Source: a virus. From it: DNA of 64,000 nt. The notes below the pieces were generated by a model. That model was not told the origin of the DNA and ran no database searches. It saw only the letters and a list, made by a program, of their open reading frames with translations. Position numbers and translations under genes: made by a program. Position 1 is the first letter of the stretch; every line of letters begins with the position of its first letter. Positions 22,001 to 32,500 of this stretch are shown here, piece by piece. The stretch covers positions 14,795 to 78,794 of the IMG/VR virus record IMGVR_UViG_3300021093_000045, one strand, 5' to 3'.

Positions 22001-22220
22001 TATTAGTAATCTACCAAGACCAAACATTATTTGTATCGACGAAGGATTCGGATGTGCTGACAGCGATCATTTGGGTCAGATGGGTGCTTTATTTAATTAC
22101 TTGAAACATCAATTCGATTTTATTTGGGTAATCAGTCACTTGGATCAGATGCGTGATATGGTTGATAGCCAAATTGAAATAAAAAAAGAAAATGGGTTTA
22201 GTAAAGTAGTATATAAATAA
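19032..22220 (+). CDS. Fused Mre11/SbcD nuclease - Rad50/SbcC ATPase (T4 gp47+gp46-like)
   Basis: Phosphoesterase motifs HIADIH, AGDVFH, AGNHD, LGDIHK; Walker A APNASGKS; Zn hook CIYC; signature ASGME; Walker B ICIDEGFG; ISH. Confidence 0.92.
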   Translation: MIVLKNTDQKVDNIVHIADIHIRLTKRHEEYTSVFEKFYLSLDKLNSVAKPVLVIAGDVFHNKSDLSPECVKIGSDFLKYCADRVPTILTAGNHDATLANKSRLDCLTPIVEALNHDNLYYLKNTDIYRYENILFNNFSVFDDVEKYIKYQNIPTKHKNETDHHIALFHGPVNNAITDVGYTVSSRSITNQLFDGHHIAMLGDIHKHQILQEYDEMEIKPLIVYAGSMIQQNHGEDIKGHGFLLWDLKRRVFKHYDLQNNYGFYTIEINKGKLVTDISDIPKKARIRTLCYESIPSQVKEVMNDLKEKCDIIESTFIRKDDQIMDMTLKSGQIFDIHNIFNVDYQNKLIEDNLIAKKIDKNLIEKIKSLNKSLNGEISKDKTPKNIRWKPKTFEFDNMFSYGENNYIDFTKLKGAIGLFAPNASGKSSIMDALAFCVFDKFSKGFKASHVLNTQKMGFKCKFNFEVNGVDYYIEREGKADKKGTIKVDVKFYKKENGTEVPLNGEARRSTNDIIRDYVGTYDDFILTVLSIQNSKAGSFIDLGQTERKDLLCQFMGLTIFDQLYTIANDRFKETNTLLKNISKDQLVESLQSISGSIDSNNKLIEQYNINIKDLDQKREESNNKLLELSNNVIKTTSFDFDIVELESEKSALDNKISTSESDIAEKKNKLSDVESNLSILTSSLKSCDNIESDYDQYKILKDTESKKSAEIDKLKLIVKNKIDKLKKLEDHKYDPNCIYCVNNVFVKDAIKTKEEIELDKNKGKTLVDEYNNIKTKMDSFGDIDIRYKECQKLNNEKIKLEKSKEVLSTSILRDENLTIMLKNNLKEVNQKIETFYKNKDIIENNSKLVTEIESVKLLVKNYESQIKTLNNKLFTTSGEKGRLELQYKNTTDQFYKVKELEDSYEAYKFYTNIISRDGIPYEIITKTLPEIEKEVNNILHQLVEFSVSLQTDGKNISTNIVYDDRQWPLEMASGMEKFVSGLAIRVALINISNLPRPNIICIDEGFGCADSDHLGQMGALFNYLKHQFDFIWVISHLDQMRDMVDSQIEIKKENGFSKVVYK

Positions 22221-22221
22221 T

Positions 22222-23187
22222 ATGGAAATATCAGATTCTCTCATTATTGGTGATGTAAACTTAAGTTTCACAATTAACCAAAATGGAGAGTGTCATTTTC
22301 ATAAAAATTTTGATACATCTGTTAATTTTTTTGTCATACTTAAAAGTATTGATACAAATTTAACTAACAACTTGCTTCATGTTCAAATGGGCCCCAATCA
22401 TAATGTATGGAGTTATAGTTGGCCCATAAATATAACAAAGTTGGAATGTCATCCCGGTATCATCATGGAGTTTTTTAATGAAAACTCTAAACCAATTTGT
22501 ACCAAATACTATAGATTTAAAAATACTGGATTAAATATAAAGTTGAAATCTAATGATATTGATATAACGTATCCGCCATATCAAACATTTTTCTACGATG
22601 AATCTTTTAAAAAACTCTGTAATGTTAAAGATGGTGATGTAGTCTACGATTTGGGTGCTAACATAGGCGCTTTTTCTTTAATGTGTTCAAACTATGATAC
22701 TAAAAACATATATGCATTCGAACCAAACCCATTGATATATGATTATCTAAAGTATAATTGTGATGTATATGGTAAAAATGTATCTACATATAAAAAAGCC
22801 ATTTATAAAACATTTGAATCACTAAATTTTGGTAATCTAGAGGGTGGATTAAGTCAAGGATCAGTTGCATGTTCTATCATAAATAAAGATAAAAATTTAT
22901 GTTCTGTTGACGGCATTCATCTTGAAGTGTTTGCTAAAGTTAATAATCTCCAGTACCCAACATATCTTAAAGTGGATATTGAAGGCGCTGAGTATGACTT
23001 TTTTGAATCAACGTCCGATGATTTTATTAAAAATTGTCATACTATCTTTTTAGAATTTCATAATAAAGACGAAAGACTCAACATGTTAATATCTAGATTG
23101 ACCAATTTAAATTATAAAATGTATTTTTTGACCGACAAAGATTATGTATTGTCTCAGAATATGGGTACTATATTCTTCATTAAGTGA
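22222..23187 (+). CDS. FkbM-family SAM-dependent methyltransferase
   Basis: VYDLGANIGAFS, YAFEPNP, LKVDIEGAEY, LEFH. Confidence 0.9.
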   Translation: MEISDSLIIGDVNLSFTINQNGECHFHKNFDTSVNFFVILKSIDTNLTNNLLHVQMGPNHNVWSYSWPINITKLECHPGIIMEFFNENSKPICTKYYRFKNTGLNIKLKSNDIDITYPPYQTFFYDESFKKLCNVKDGDVVYDLGANIGAFSLMCSNYDTKNIYAFEPNPLIYDYLKYNCDVYGKNVSTYKKAIYKTFESLNFGNLEGGLSQGSVACSIINKDKNLCSVDGIHLEVFAKVNNLQYPTYLKVDIEGAEYDFFESTSDDFIKNCHTIFLEFHNKDERLNMLISRLTNLNYKMYFLTDKDYVLSQNMGTIFFIK

Positions 23188-25181
23188 ATATGAAAAAATT
23201 GTTATTTATCGCTCCACATTTGTCCACCGGTGGTCTTCCTCAATTTCTTTTAAAGAAGATAAAGTGTCTGATTGATATATACGACGTATATTGTATTGAA
23301 TATGCGGACGTAACAGGTGGAAAGTTTATCGTACAACGAGACCAGATTAAAAATATATGTAAAAACAAGTTTTATACTTTATATGATAACAAGGAAGATA
23401 TCATAAATTTGATAAGTAAAATAAAACCGAATATTATTCACTTTGAAGAAATGCCTGAGTATTTTATGGATCTATCTATATCATCCAGAATTTATGATAA
23501 AGATCGAAACTATTTTATAGTAGAAACATCACACGATAGTAGTTTTAATTCAGATAATAAGAGAGTTTTGCCTGATCAATTTTTGTTTGTAAGTAACTTC
23601 CAGAAACAAAATGTTAAAAAATTACCTGTTAAATCGGATGTTATTGAATATCCAGTTGAAGTAAGAACTCGTAAGAATCGTAATGATGGATTAAAAGAAT
23701 TGGGTTTAGATCCTAGTAAAAAACATGTTATGCATGTAGGTCTATTCACACCAAGAAAAAATCAAAAAGAGTTTATCGAATATGCACGTGCGATGGAAAA
23801 TGAAAATGTTCAGTTTCATTGTATTGGTAATATGGCCGATAACTTTAGATCATATTGGGAACCATTATTAAATGATTTACCTAAAAATGTAAAGGTTTGG
23901 GGTGAACGAAAAGACGTACATAATTTTTATAGTTGTATGGATTTATTTTTGTTTACAAGTCGTGGTCATGCAAACGATAAAGAAACCGCGCCAATTGTAA
24001 TTAAAGAAGCTATTTCATATAATATACCAAGTTTGTTTTATAATCTACCAGTCTATTTGAATAGATATTCATGTTATGATAATATTTCTTATCTTGATGA
24101 ATCTAGTTTTAATAATAATGTAGATTTGATTCGTAATAAATTGATAGGCGTTAAAACAAGTGAACGAGTTGATGATAAAGAATTTATTGCGGTTATTTCT
24201 ACACATCCAAATTATAAGATAGTAGAAGATACTACAATAAAAGCCATTCAACAGATTCAGAAGGCAGGGTATAAAGTAATATTAACATCACATTATCCAG
24301 TCAGTCAAGAGTTACAATCGTTGGTGGATTATTGTATATATGATAAAAACAATCCGTCTATAATACACAATTTTTATGCGAATTGGTCGTTGGTTAATCA
24401 ATATCACGATATAAGAGTACACTTACCATCATGTGGTGCGAACATATATCATGGGTTGGGTGTCGCATTAAATTATTACAATGGTATATCACTCGCAAAT
24501 AAATTGGGATACAAGAATGTATTTGCTTTTAACTACGATGTGGTTGTAAACGAAAAAGATTTTAATAAATTAGATTTTATTAAGAATTTATTGAAGACCA
24601 AGAAAGGTTTCTTTTTCTATGATAAAGCACTTGAAGGAGATACAATCAAAACGGTATTTCATGCTATTAACACGGATTTTTATCTGGATCATTTTGAGTA
24701 TTTCACACCTATATCATATGAGATGTTTGTTAAAGAGAAGAATATATCAAATGGTTTAGAACAATTCTATTATAACAGAGTGTTGGATCATAAAAAAGAT
24801 CTATACATAGATACTAACAACAACGAAGAGTCATTCTTTAGTAATAGTGAAATCAATATGTTTTCTATGTGTGAATATTTGTCAGTTTTGCCAATGACTA
24901 ATACTTCTAAGTTTGTTTGTTTGAGTAGTTTCAATAACAAAATAGATAAAAAATACAATAGAATATCTGTTTACAAGAATGATGTGTTGATACGAGAATC
25001 ACAAAATGAAATACAAACCAAAGGTTGGTGGCATATTGAGGTTGATTTTGAACCAAACAACGTGTATAAAGTAGTAAACGCTTTGTACGACTCTGAAAAC
25101 AAAAACATGGTAAAAGAAGTAGTACAGGTGTTTTCTAAACTAGAGGATTTGCAGAATAACGGACATTTCACAGCTAAATAA
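23184..25181 (+). CDS. GT4-like glycosyltransferase with an additional C-terminal domain
   Basis: PHLSTGGLPQ, HVGLFTPRKNQ, DLFLFTS...ETAPIVIKEA (GT-B Ex7E). Confidence 0.85.
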   Translation: MNMKKLLFIAPHLSTGGLPQFLLKKIKCLIDIYDVYCIEYADVTGGKFIVQRDQIKNICKNKFYTLYDNKEDIINLISKIKPNIIHFEEMPEYFMDLSISSRIYDKDRNYFIVETSHDSSFNSDNKRVLPDQFLFVSNFQKQNVKKLPVKSDVIEYPVEVRTRKNRNDGLKELGLDPSKKHVMHVGLFTPRKNQKEFIEYARAMENENVQFHCIGNMADNFRSYWEPLLNDLPKNVKVWGERKDVHNFYSCMDLFLFTSRGHANDKETAPIVIKEAISYNIPSLFYNLPVYLNRYSCYDNISYLDESSFNNNVDLIRNKLIGVKTSERVDDKEFIAVISTHPNYKIVEDTTIKAIQQIQKAGYKVILTSHYPVSQELQSLVDYCIYDKNNPSIIHNFYANWSLVNQYHDIRVHLPSCGANIYHGLGVALNYYNGISLANKLGYKNVFAFNYDVVVNEKDFNKLDFIKNLLKTKKGFFFYDKALEGDTIKTVFHAINTDFYLDHFEYFTPISYEMFVKEKNISNGLEQFYYNRVLDHKKDLYIDTNNNEESFFSNSEINMFSMCEYLSVLPMTNTSKFVCLSSFNNKIDKKYNRISVYKNDVLIRESQNEIQTKGWWHIEVDFEPNNVYKVVNALYDSENKNMVKEVVQVFSKLEDLQNNGHFTAK

Positions 25182-25183
25182 TC

Positions 25184-27328
25184 ATGAAAGTAATACAAGT
25201 ACATTTGGGTTTATTGCCTATTCCTCCTAATGGTTGGGGTGCTATAGAAAAAATAATTTGGGATTATTATCTTCAATTAAACAAAAAAGGATTGGAATGT
25301 GAGATCAAATTTTTGGACGATATAAAGTATAATGACAATACTATTGTTCACGTACATGTCGCTAATTTAGCAAATGAATGTCATAAACGTGGTATTCCAT
25401 ACATCTTTACTTTACACGATCATCATGCTTATCTTTATGGTAAAGATTCTCCAGTATTTAAAGAGAATTTAAAGGCTATAGAAAATAGTATTATATCAAC
25501 ATGTCCTGCAAAATATCTAGTTGACTACTTTGGTAGTAAAAAATTAAGATATTTTTCGCATGCTGTTAATACAGATACTTTTAAATACAAAAACTATAAT
25601 AGAGAAAACTATAAACTATTATGTGTAGCTAATAATGGTTATGCGAACAATCAATCAGCCGATAGAAAAGGTTTTAAGTTTGCAATACAGGCGGCTAAAG
25701 AATTAAACCTACCTATCACAATCGCCGGTCCAAGTAACAACAGGAAATTTTTTGAAACATTGGAGTCGTCATTAAACAATTATGAAAAGCTGACAAAAGT
25801 ATTTGATCTGGATGAAAATGGATTGATAGAGTTATATAACAACCATGATGTTTTTATACACGCATCAGAACTGGAAGCCGGTCATCCAAATCTAACTTTG
25901 TTGGAAGCTATGGCTTGTGGTCTTCCTGTAGTAGGAACATTTGAAGACAAAAAATACGAAGGTATGATTGTGGTTGATAGAAATACCAAACAAATCAAAG
26001 ATGCTATTGGAAAAGTTATTAGCAATTATGAACGCTATCATACAGAGGCATTAAAAGCTGCAAAAAATAATTCTTATGATAAGAGATCAGATCAGTTAAT
26101 AGAACTATACGATGAATATATTGATAAGTTATTTGCAAATAAATTTGTCAACATATACGACACATTGGATAAGAATACTAATCAAGCAACCATTACAGCT
26201 AATATAAACTATTCATTCAATGATAATGCGTGTATAGAAATAACAAATTGTGTTAATAAAGATGAATCGTTTGATGTGGTATTTAAAAACAGGGTAACCG
26301 ATCAAGTTCTATATAACACAACTCTCAAAGATGGTTGGTGGGGAAGATGTGACTTTGCATATTATATTCCATTTAATATTTCAGTAAAAAGCAATTTAAC
26401 AGGCAAGACTTTACTAGATTACGATTTAGATTTGACAGATAGAAATGTTTTGATTCAATTTGATACACCAGCGTTGGGTGATCAGTTGTGTTGGATGCCT
26501 ATAACTGAACAATTCAGAGTAAAACATAAGTGTAATTTGTACGTAAAGATTCCAAATCTACGTCCATTTTTCGAAAAGAAATATAAGAATATCAAATTTT
26601 TGAATATGGATGAATCCGGTCCAGAAATGTTTGCTACATATAAACCAGGCTGGTATGTGGATGATAAAACCATCAATACCAATAGATGTAAGACTGATAT
26701 AAGAAAAGAGCCTCTACAAAAGATAGTTTCCGATTATCTAGGTTTGTCATATGTTCCAGAAAGACCTTTGTTAGATTTTCCATTAAAGCCTTCGACATTT
26801 ACAAAACCTACCGTGACTATTGCTACACAAAGTACATCACAATGTAAGTATTGGAATCACAAAGGAGGTTGGGAAATTGTTATCGAATACTTGAAGACTA
26901 AAGGATTTGATGTTGTTTGTATAGATAAAAATTATAGTTGGGGTAATGGCGACAATATGAATGTTATACCTCAAAATGCTATTGATTTAACAGGTGATCA
27001 TCCATTAAGTGATCGTATGAATCAAATATATCACAGCTCATTTTTTATAGGTTTACCATCGGGATTATCGTGGTTGTCATGGGCATTAGAAAAGCCAACC
27101 ATATTGATTAGTGGATTTTCATATGATTATACAGAGTTTGAAACTCCATATCGTGTGCAAAATAAAAATGTATGTACTGGTTGTTGGAATGATAATTATT
27201 TTGATAGGGGTAATTGGATGTGGTGTCCGAAGTCCGAGAAAAAGGAAATATTTGAATGTACAAAATCTATCACCCCACAAATGGTTATAGAAACAATTGA
27301 TCGTCTAATTAAAGATAATAATTTATGA
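25184..27328 (+). CDS. GT4 glycosyltransferase fused to an autotransporter O-heptosyltransferase (TibC/Aah-like) domain
   Basis: N-terminal PPNGWGAIEK and EAGHPNLTLLEAMACGLPVV. C-terminal ALGDQLCW, QSTSQCKYWN, FFIGLPSGLSWLSWA, ISGFS, CTGCWND...CP...FECTKSI (Fe-binding Cys pattern). Confidence 0.85.
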   Translation: MKVIQVHLGLLPIPPNGWGAIEKIIWDYYLQLNKKGLECEIKFLDDIKYNDNTIVHVHVANLANECHKRGIPYIFTLHDHHAYLYGKDSPVFKENLKAIENSIISTCPAKYLVDYFGSKKLRYFSHAVNTDTFKYKNYNRENYKLLCVANNGYANNQSADRKGFKFAIQAAKELNLPITIAGPSNNRKFFETLESSLNNYEKLTKVFDLDENGLIELYNNHDVFIHASELEAGHPNLTLLEAMACGLPVVGTFEDKKYEGMIVVDRNTKQIKDAIGKVISNYERYHTEALKAAKNNSYDKRSDQLIELYDEYIDKLFANKFVNIYDTLDKNTNQATITANINYSFNDNACIEITNCVNKDESFDVVFKNRVTDQVLYNTTLKDGWWGRCDFAYYIPFNISVKSNLTGKTLLDYDLDLTDRNVLIQFDTPALGDQLCWMPITEQFRVKHKCNLYVKIPNLRPFFEKKYKNIKFLNMDESGPEMFATYKPGWYVDDKTINTNRCKTDIRKEPLQKIVSDYLGLSYVPERPLLDFPLKPSTFTKPTVTIATQSTSQCKYWNHKGGWEIVIEYLKTKGFDVVCIDKNYSWGNGDNMNVIPQNAIDLTGDHPLSDRMNQIYHSSFFIGLPSGLSWLSWALEKPTILISGFSYDYTEFETPYRVQNKNVCTGCWNDNYFDRGNWMWCPKSEKKEIFECTKSITPQMVIETIDRLIKDNNL

Positions 27329-28965
27329 AAATAGTAGGTAGCTACATAGGACCACATGATGTTGGCGTTGCTTTAATTGAGAATAATCAAATATTAGCTT
27401 GTTATTCCGAAGAAAGATTCACAAGAGTTAAATCAGCACACGCAGGTTGTATATTCCCAATCAATAGTCTAGATGCTTTACAAAAAAACTTTAATTTTGA
27501 TATTAACGATCCAAACGTAAAATTTGCTTGTGCTAAACCTATAGCTACAGAACATAAATTTTTGCGTGATATTGTAAATAACAGAGAACTTAGAACTATT
27601 GGACACGAATATGCACACGCATGCGGTGCTTATTATACATCCGGCTTTAACGAAAATACATTAATCGTTGCATATGATGGTGGCGATTGTGGCGATGATG
27701 ATTGGACAATATTGAATAAAGAAAATTATGATCGTTATAATCCGTGGAAGGCAAAAAACGATAGTCAAACTGCATGTTATATTGTTAAAAATGGTAAACT
27801 AATTGAAATTGGTGAACGTGTTAAAAATGGAAGCGTTGCTAATCTTTGGTTTTTGATGTGTTTGATATTTGGTCTTACTCCTATTAAAGACGAGGGTAAG
27901 ATTATGGGTCTTGCTGCGCAGGGAAAATTCAATCAAAAGATATTTGATACATTGAATTTCTTTGTGCAAAACGATATGTTAAAAGCATCGTGTATGATTC
28001 AGGAAAAGTACACCACATTGTTGAAAACACTATCAAAAGAAGATGCTTTGAATCTAAAAAGAGATTTAGCATACAATCTACAATATATCAGCGAAATTAC
28101 TATTCTTAATTTTATAAAGAAATATTACGATGAGTATGGACCATTTGATAATCTATGTTTAGCAGGTGGTATTTTTGCAAATGTTAAAATCAACCAAAAG
28201 ATAAACGAATTATTACCATTTAAAGAGATGTGGGTATATCCTGCTATGAATGATGAAGGATTATCTCTTGGATCAGCAATTGCATATGCTGTAGAATTGG
28301 GTGTGTTTACAAATAGAAGAATTGATAATGTATTTCTTGGTAATAAAACATCATATCAAGACACACAAATTGATATTGATAATTTCCAATCCAATTTTGG
28401 AAAGACACTAGCATCCGAAGATTTAGATTTTAATAAAATTGGAGACTATCTGGTTGATGGTAAAGTTATTGGTATATTTGATGGTGCTACAGAATATGGT
28501 CCAAGAGCTTTAGGTTCACGTTCTATTGTTGTAGAGCCAACCAGAAAAGAAACTCATGCATATATAAATGAAAGATTAAAACGTGACGATATTATGCCAT
28601 TCGCACCTATAGTCATGGAAGAATACATTGAGGATGTATGCTATGTATATAAATCTAAAAGAACTGCAGAGTTTATGACTTTATGTTATACCGTAAAAGA
28701 ACAATGGGCCAATAAAATACCGGCGGTTATAAATTTTTATGATAATACAGCTAGACCACAAGTTGTAAATAAATATAGACATTCTCTATTTCATAAGATA
28801 CTTTCCGCTTATAATCATCGATCTAAAATACCCGTTTTAATGAATACAAGTTTTAATGGTCATGGAGAGCCTATTATCAATTCACCAAATCACGCACTAA
28901 AACATTTGGCTGAAGGTACTGTAGATCTTTTAATTATTAACAATAAAATTTATAAATTAGTATGA
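27325..28965 (+). CDS. Carbamoyltransferase (NodU/CmcH/TobZ family)
   Basis: HD, EERFTRVK, HEYAHA, DGGD, EGKIMGLA, LAGGIFANVKIN, EYGPRALGSRS, MPFAP, DNTARPQ, NTSFNGHGEPI. Confidence 0.92.
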   Translation: MKIVGSYIGPHDVGVALIENNQILACYSEERFTRVKSAHAGCIFPINSLDALQKNFNFDINDPNVKFACAKPIATEHKFLRDIVNNRELRTIGHEYAHACGAYYTSGFNENTLIVAYDGGDCGDDDWTILNKENYDRYNPWKAKNDSQTACYIVKNGKLIEIGERVKNGSVANLWFLMCLIFGLTPIKDEGKIMGLAAQGKFNQKIFDTLNFFVQNDMLKASCMIQEKYTTLLKTLSKEDALNLKRDLAYNLQYISEITILNFIKKYYDEYGPFDNLCLAGGIFANVKINQKINELLPFKEMWVYPAMNDEGLSLGSAIAYAVELGVFTNRRIDNVFLGNKTSYQDTQIDIDNFQSNFGKTLASEDLDFNKIGDYLVDGKVIGIFDGATEYGPRALGSRSIVVEPTRKETHAYINERLKRDDIMPFAPIVMEEYIEDVCYVYKSKRTAEFMTLCYTVKEQWANKIPAVINFYDNTARPQVVNKYRHSLFHKILSAYNHRSKIPVLMNTSFNGHGEPIINSPNHALKHLAEGTVDLLIINNKIYKLV

Positions 28966-29489
28966 ATTCTAAAAATGGTTATTTTAAAATAGATTATATC
29001 ACTTCCGTACAGAGGTTAAACTTCTATAATGTACCCCAAAAATATATCAACCATGCATTACACTATGTAATGAAAAGTAGTACAAATCAATACTATTCCA
29101 CAGAAAATATAAAATTTGGATATTGGTATACAAAACCAGAATTCATTCCTTTAGAATTTGATTCTATAAAATTATATGCGTTTGATATGGATACTGGTGT
29201 AGAATGTATAGATGAGTATAATTTTAAAATATCAGATTTCAATTTTATGTTTAACTTGAAGACCGATAATATTGATGAAGCAAACGTGTGGACTAAGTAT
29301 ATTGATTTATTTAATAAAGTAAATAACACACGTTTCAAATATGGTATAAATTTAACTTTTTTTAATGAAAATTATGATAATTATGAAATCTCCAGACAAA
29401 AATATAACCTCAAATACTCATTTCTAAAAAATGAGTTGGAGAAAATTCCGTCAATTGATATAATAAAAAAATTAGTTGGTAAAATTTAA
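28962..29489 (+). CDS. Hypothetical protein, possibly a truncated paralogue of the heptosyltransferase N-terminal region
   Basis: GYWY...TGVECIDEYNFKISDFNFMFNLKT..DEANVWTKYIDLF aligns by eye with GWWG...TGKTLLDYDLDLTDRNVLIQFDT..GDQLCWMPITEQF of the 25184 protein. Confidence 0.5.
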   Translation: MNSKNGYFKIDYITSVQRLNFYNVPQKYINHALHYVMKSSTNQYYSTENIKFGYWYTKPEFIPLEFDSIKLYAFDMDTGVECIDEYNFKISDFNFMFNLKTDNIDEANVWTKYIDLFNKVNNTRFKYGINLTFFNENYDNYEISRQKYNLKYSFLKNELEKIPSIDIIKKLVGKI

Positions 29490-29565
29490 AAGTTATATAA
29501 ATAGTAACGTGTTCAGTTTTTTTGGCACTATTTATAAATTAAATAACATTTGAAAGGATTAAATT

Positions 29566-32500
29566 ATGCCAATAACAGAAGGTGGGAGATTTTCACCAGT
29601 ACAAAATATAGTAAGTCCTGGTGTATTTACTAGAGAAAATGATCTATCGGGGCTAGCCCAAGGTGTAGCCAATATCGGAGGTGCTATAGTAGCACCGTTT
29701 TCAGACGGACCCGCATTTTTCCCAGCCAGAATTACAGAGGTTGCGGAGCTTGAACAACGATTTGGATTAGCAGATGGGGTATATTATGGTCCATATACCG
29801 CTAAAGAATACTTGTTACAACAAGGTGTGGTAACTGTTGTTCGTGTTGGTGGTTTGACCGGATACTGGCAAAAAAACCCATTGGTCATCTATGCTCAGCC
29901 AGGTTATTGGAACAGAAATAGTGATTTGGGTGCATTGACTACCGCATCATTCATGTTTTTGGATAGTGATAATTATTCTTCAAATTTAATTCTAGAATAT
30001 AGTTCATCAGAACTTAAGTCAAGTACAACAGGTATTAAAGGATTAGCTGGTACTACTGGTAGAATATCATCATCATTAAGTGTAACCCGCGCTACTAATT
30101 TGGAAATTCAACAATTCCTAGTATCAATTGGTTGGCCAACTATCGCAAATAGTAATACGTTGTCAGCCTCATTAGCATCGTCTGGTAGTAAAGGTAAATT
30201 GTTTAAAATTACTACAACGAACAATTCTTATATCTTCAGCGCATCTGTAGTGCAACAAGGATACAAAGTTCAACCATCAGGTGGATCTTCTGAATATGTC
30301 CTAGCAAACTTTGATTATCAAAAATACAAAATAGCAGGAAATATATCTGCTTCTATAGGTGCCACCAAATATTCAATTGCATTCTCATCTTCGTTTTTAC
30401 CTAGTGCATATTATAATTATTTAACTCAATCTTATACATTGAATAGTAATAATGTTACATTTGGATTAGTCTTCGGTAGATATCCAGCTGATTGCGCTTT
30501 AGACTTTAGCAATGCTAGTATTAGCAGTTCAAAGTCAGACGCAGTATTTACATACAGACATGATACATCACGTTTAAGAGTAAATGGTATTGTAAGTGGT
30601 AAGTTCGCACCAAAAGCAGCAACAGCGGTTTATTATAGTAATTATAATGGTACGGGTGGATTTTTGAGTGGATCAGTACTATACGCGGGTAAACAAGTAA
30701 CACTGGGTACTGTTAGCACCACCAATTCATCGGGCGCAAATACATATTTGCTAAGAAAGATCACCGGTACAACGCCAACAGCAGGAATTTTTGCTGGATA
30801 CTATTATTTGACCTCTAGTGTACAAAACCAAAACGTAACACCCGAGACTAAGATTGCTACGGCATTTAATGAAAGCTCTGAAACGGTAGCTTATTTGTCC
30901 GCATCTATGACTTCAAGTGCGAAGGTAAGTTTGGATTATGATACAACCACATTTGATGTAAATGGTACATTATCACTACATAGTGCAAGTTTCAAGTCTA
31001 TTAGAGGTGCAAGCACCTGTGGATCAAGTCTACAATTCTTGGGTCTAGTAGCTGGTGCTTATGGTGATTTTGATGGTACATTCACAAATCAAGACACATC
31101 TGGTGGTGATCCATGTAACCCAAATTCATCTGCAAGAAGCAAGATGGTATTGGCAGTATTGAATAATACTCAAAATGCTTCTTCACAATTCAACAATAGA
31201 TATGAAGTATATGGTTTTGATACATCAACACTAAGTCAACTAACAAGTTCAGTATTCCCATATAAGGGATTGATTAATCCAAATGAAAATGCATATCAAC
31301 TAATCTTAAAGTATAGCTTCGCAAATGATGATGGTACCACAAGTGCAGGAACATATGGTTATTATGACTTCACCCTAAATGAGAGTGATAATAATTTCGT
31401 TGGAAATGTATTTGGATTTGATCCAACCGCTGGTAACCCAGCAAAACAAGTTGCTGGTCAAAAAGTAGAAGCTGCTTACAACTACATGTTGTTCCAAGAT
31501 AGTATTCAAAGATTTGTCGCTGAAAAGACTCGTCCAAGTGCTGAAGGCGGTGGTTGGAAGTTGCTAGCAAATACAGCTCCAGAAGCTGGATTTGCAATTG
31601 GTGAACCATTAAAGTTTGTTGACCAATACAGCACAAATCTTACTGCGGGTGATAGTCAATTTAGTATCACTAATGCATATACTCCATGGATCTACTCACA
31701 AAAGATTGCTCCATTTAGAGGTAGTGCAAATGAATCCGCAGTACCAACCAAGTATCAATTGTTCAAGATACATACACTAAGTGATGGTACGTTGAGTAAC
31801 AAGAAATACAAGATTGAAATCAGCAACGTTAAGTTGGCTGGTACAGTCCCAGGTAGTGATTGGGGTTCATTCTCACTTGCAGTTCGTGCTTATAGTGACA
31901 CAGATAAACGTCCAAAGTATTTGGAAATTTATCAAAACTTGAATTTAAATCCTGATAGTGCAAACTTCATTGCACGTAGAATTGGTGATCGTTACGCATA
32001 CATCACATTCGCTGGTAAAATCATCGAATTTGGTACATATGTTAACTTGAGTCAATTCATCAGAATTGAAATGGCTGATGGTTTATATCCAGAAGTATCT
32101 GTACCATATGGATTTGAATCATATTCTACTCCAGTCGCTGGTACTTTAGCAGATATTATTCCTCCGGTCAGATATAGCAAAGCAAGTATCTGGTCTCTAG
32201 CGCCTGGTAAATATAGTTGTGGTACAGTATTCAACGACGTACCTCAAGCCGACGATGAATTGGTATCTTTGTATCCAACTTCTTCAGCAAATGTTGGTGT
32301 ATATAACGATACCGACGAATATTTCAAACCATTGCCAAGTAGCGTAAATGGTATAAATATTGACTTTGACTTGGAAGACAAGACTCGAGGTACTCAAAAC
32401 GCCAAGTTCTATGCAAATGGTACTGGTTCACTACTAGATCCATCCCTGAGTGGTAGTATTCCAAGTAACTATGATCCAGTTAATGAATCTACATACGTAA

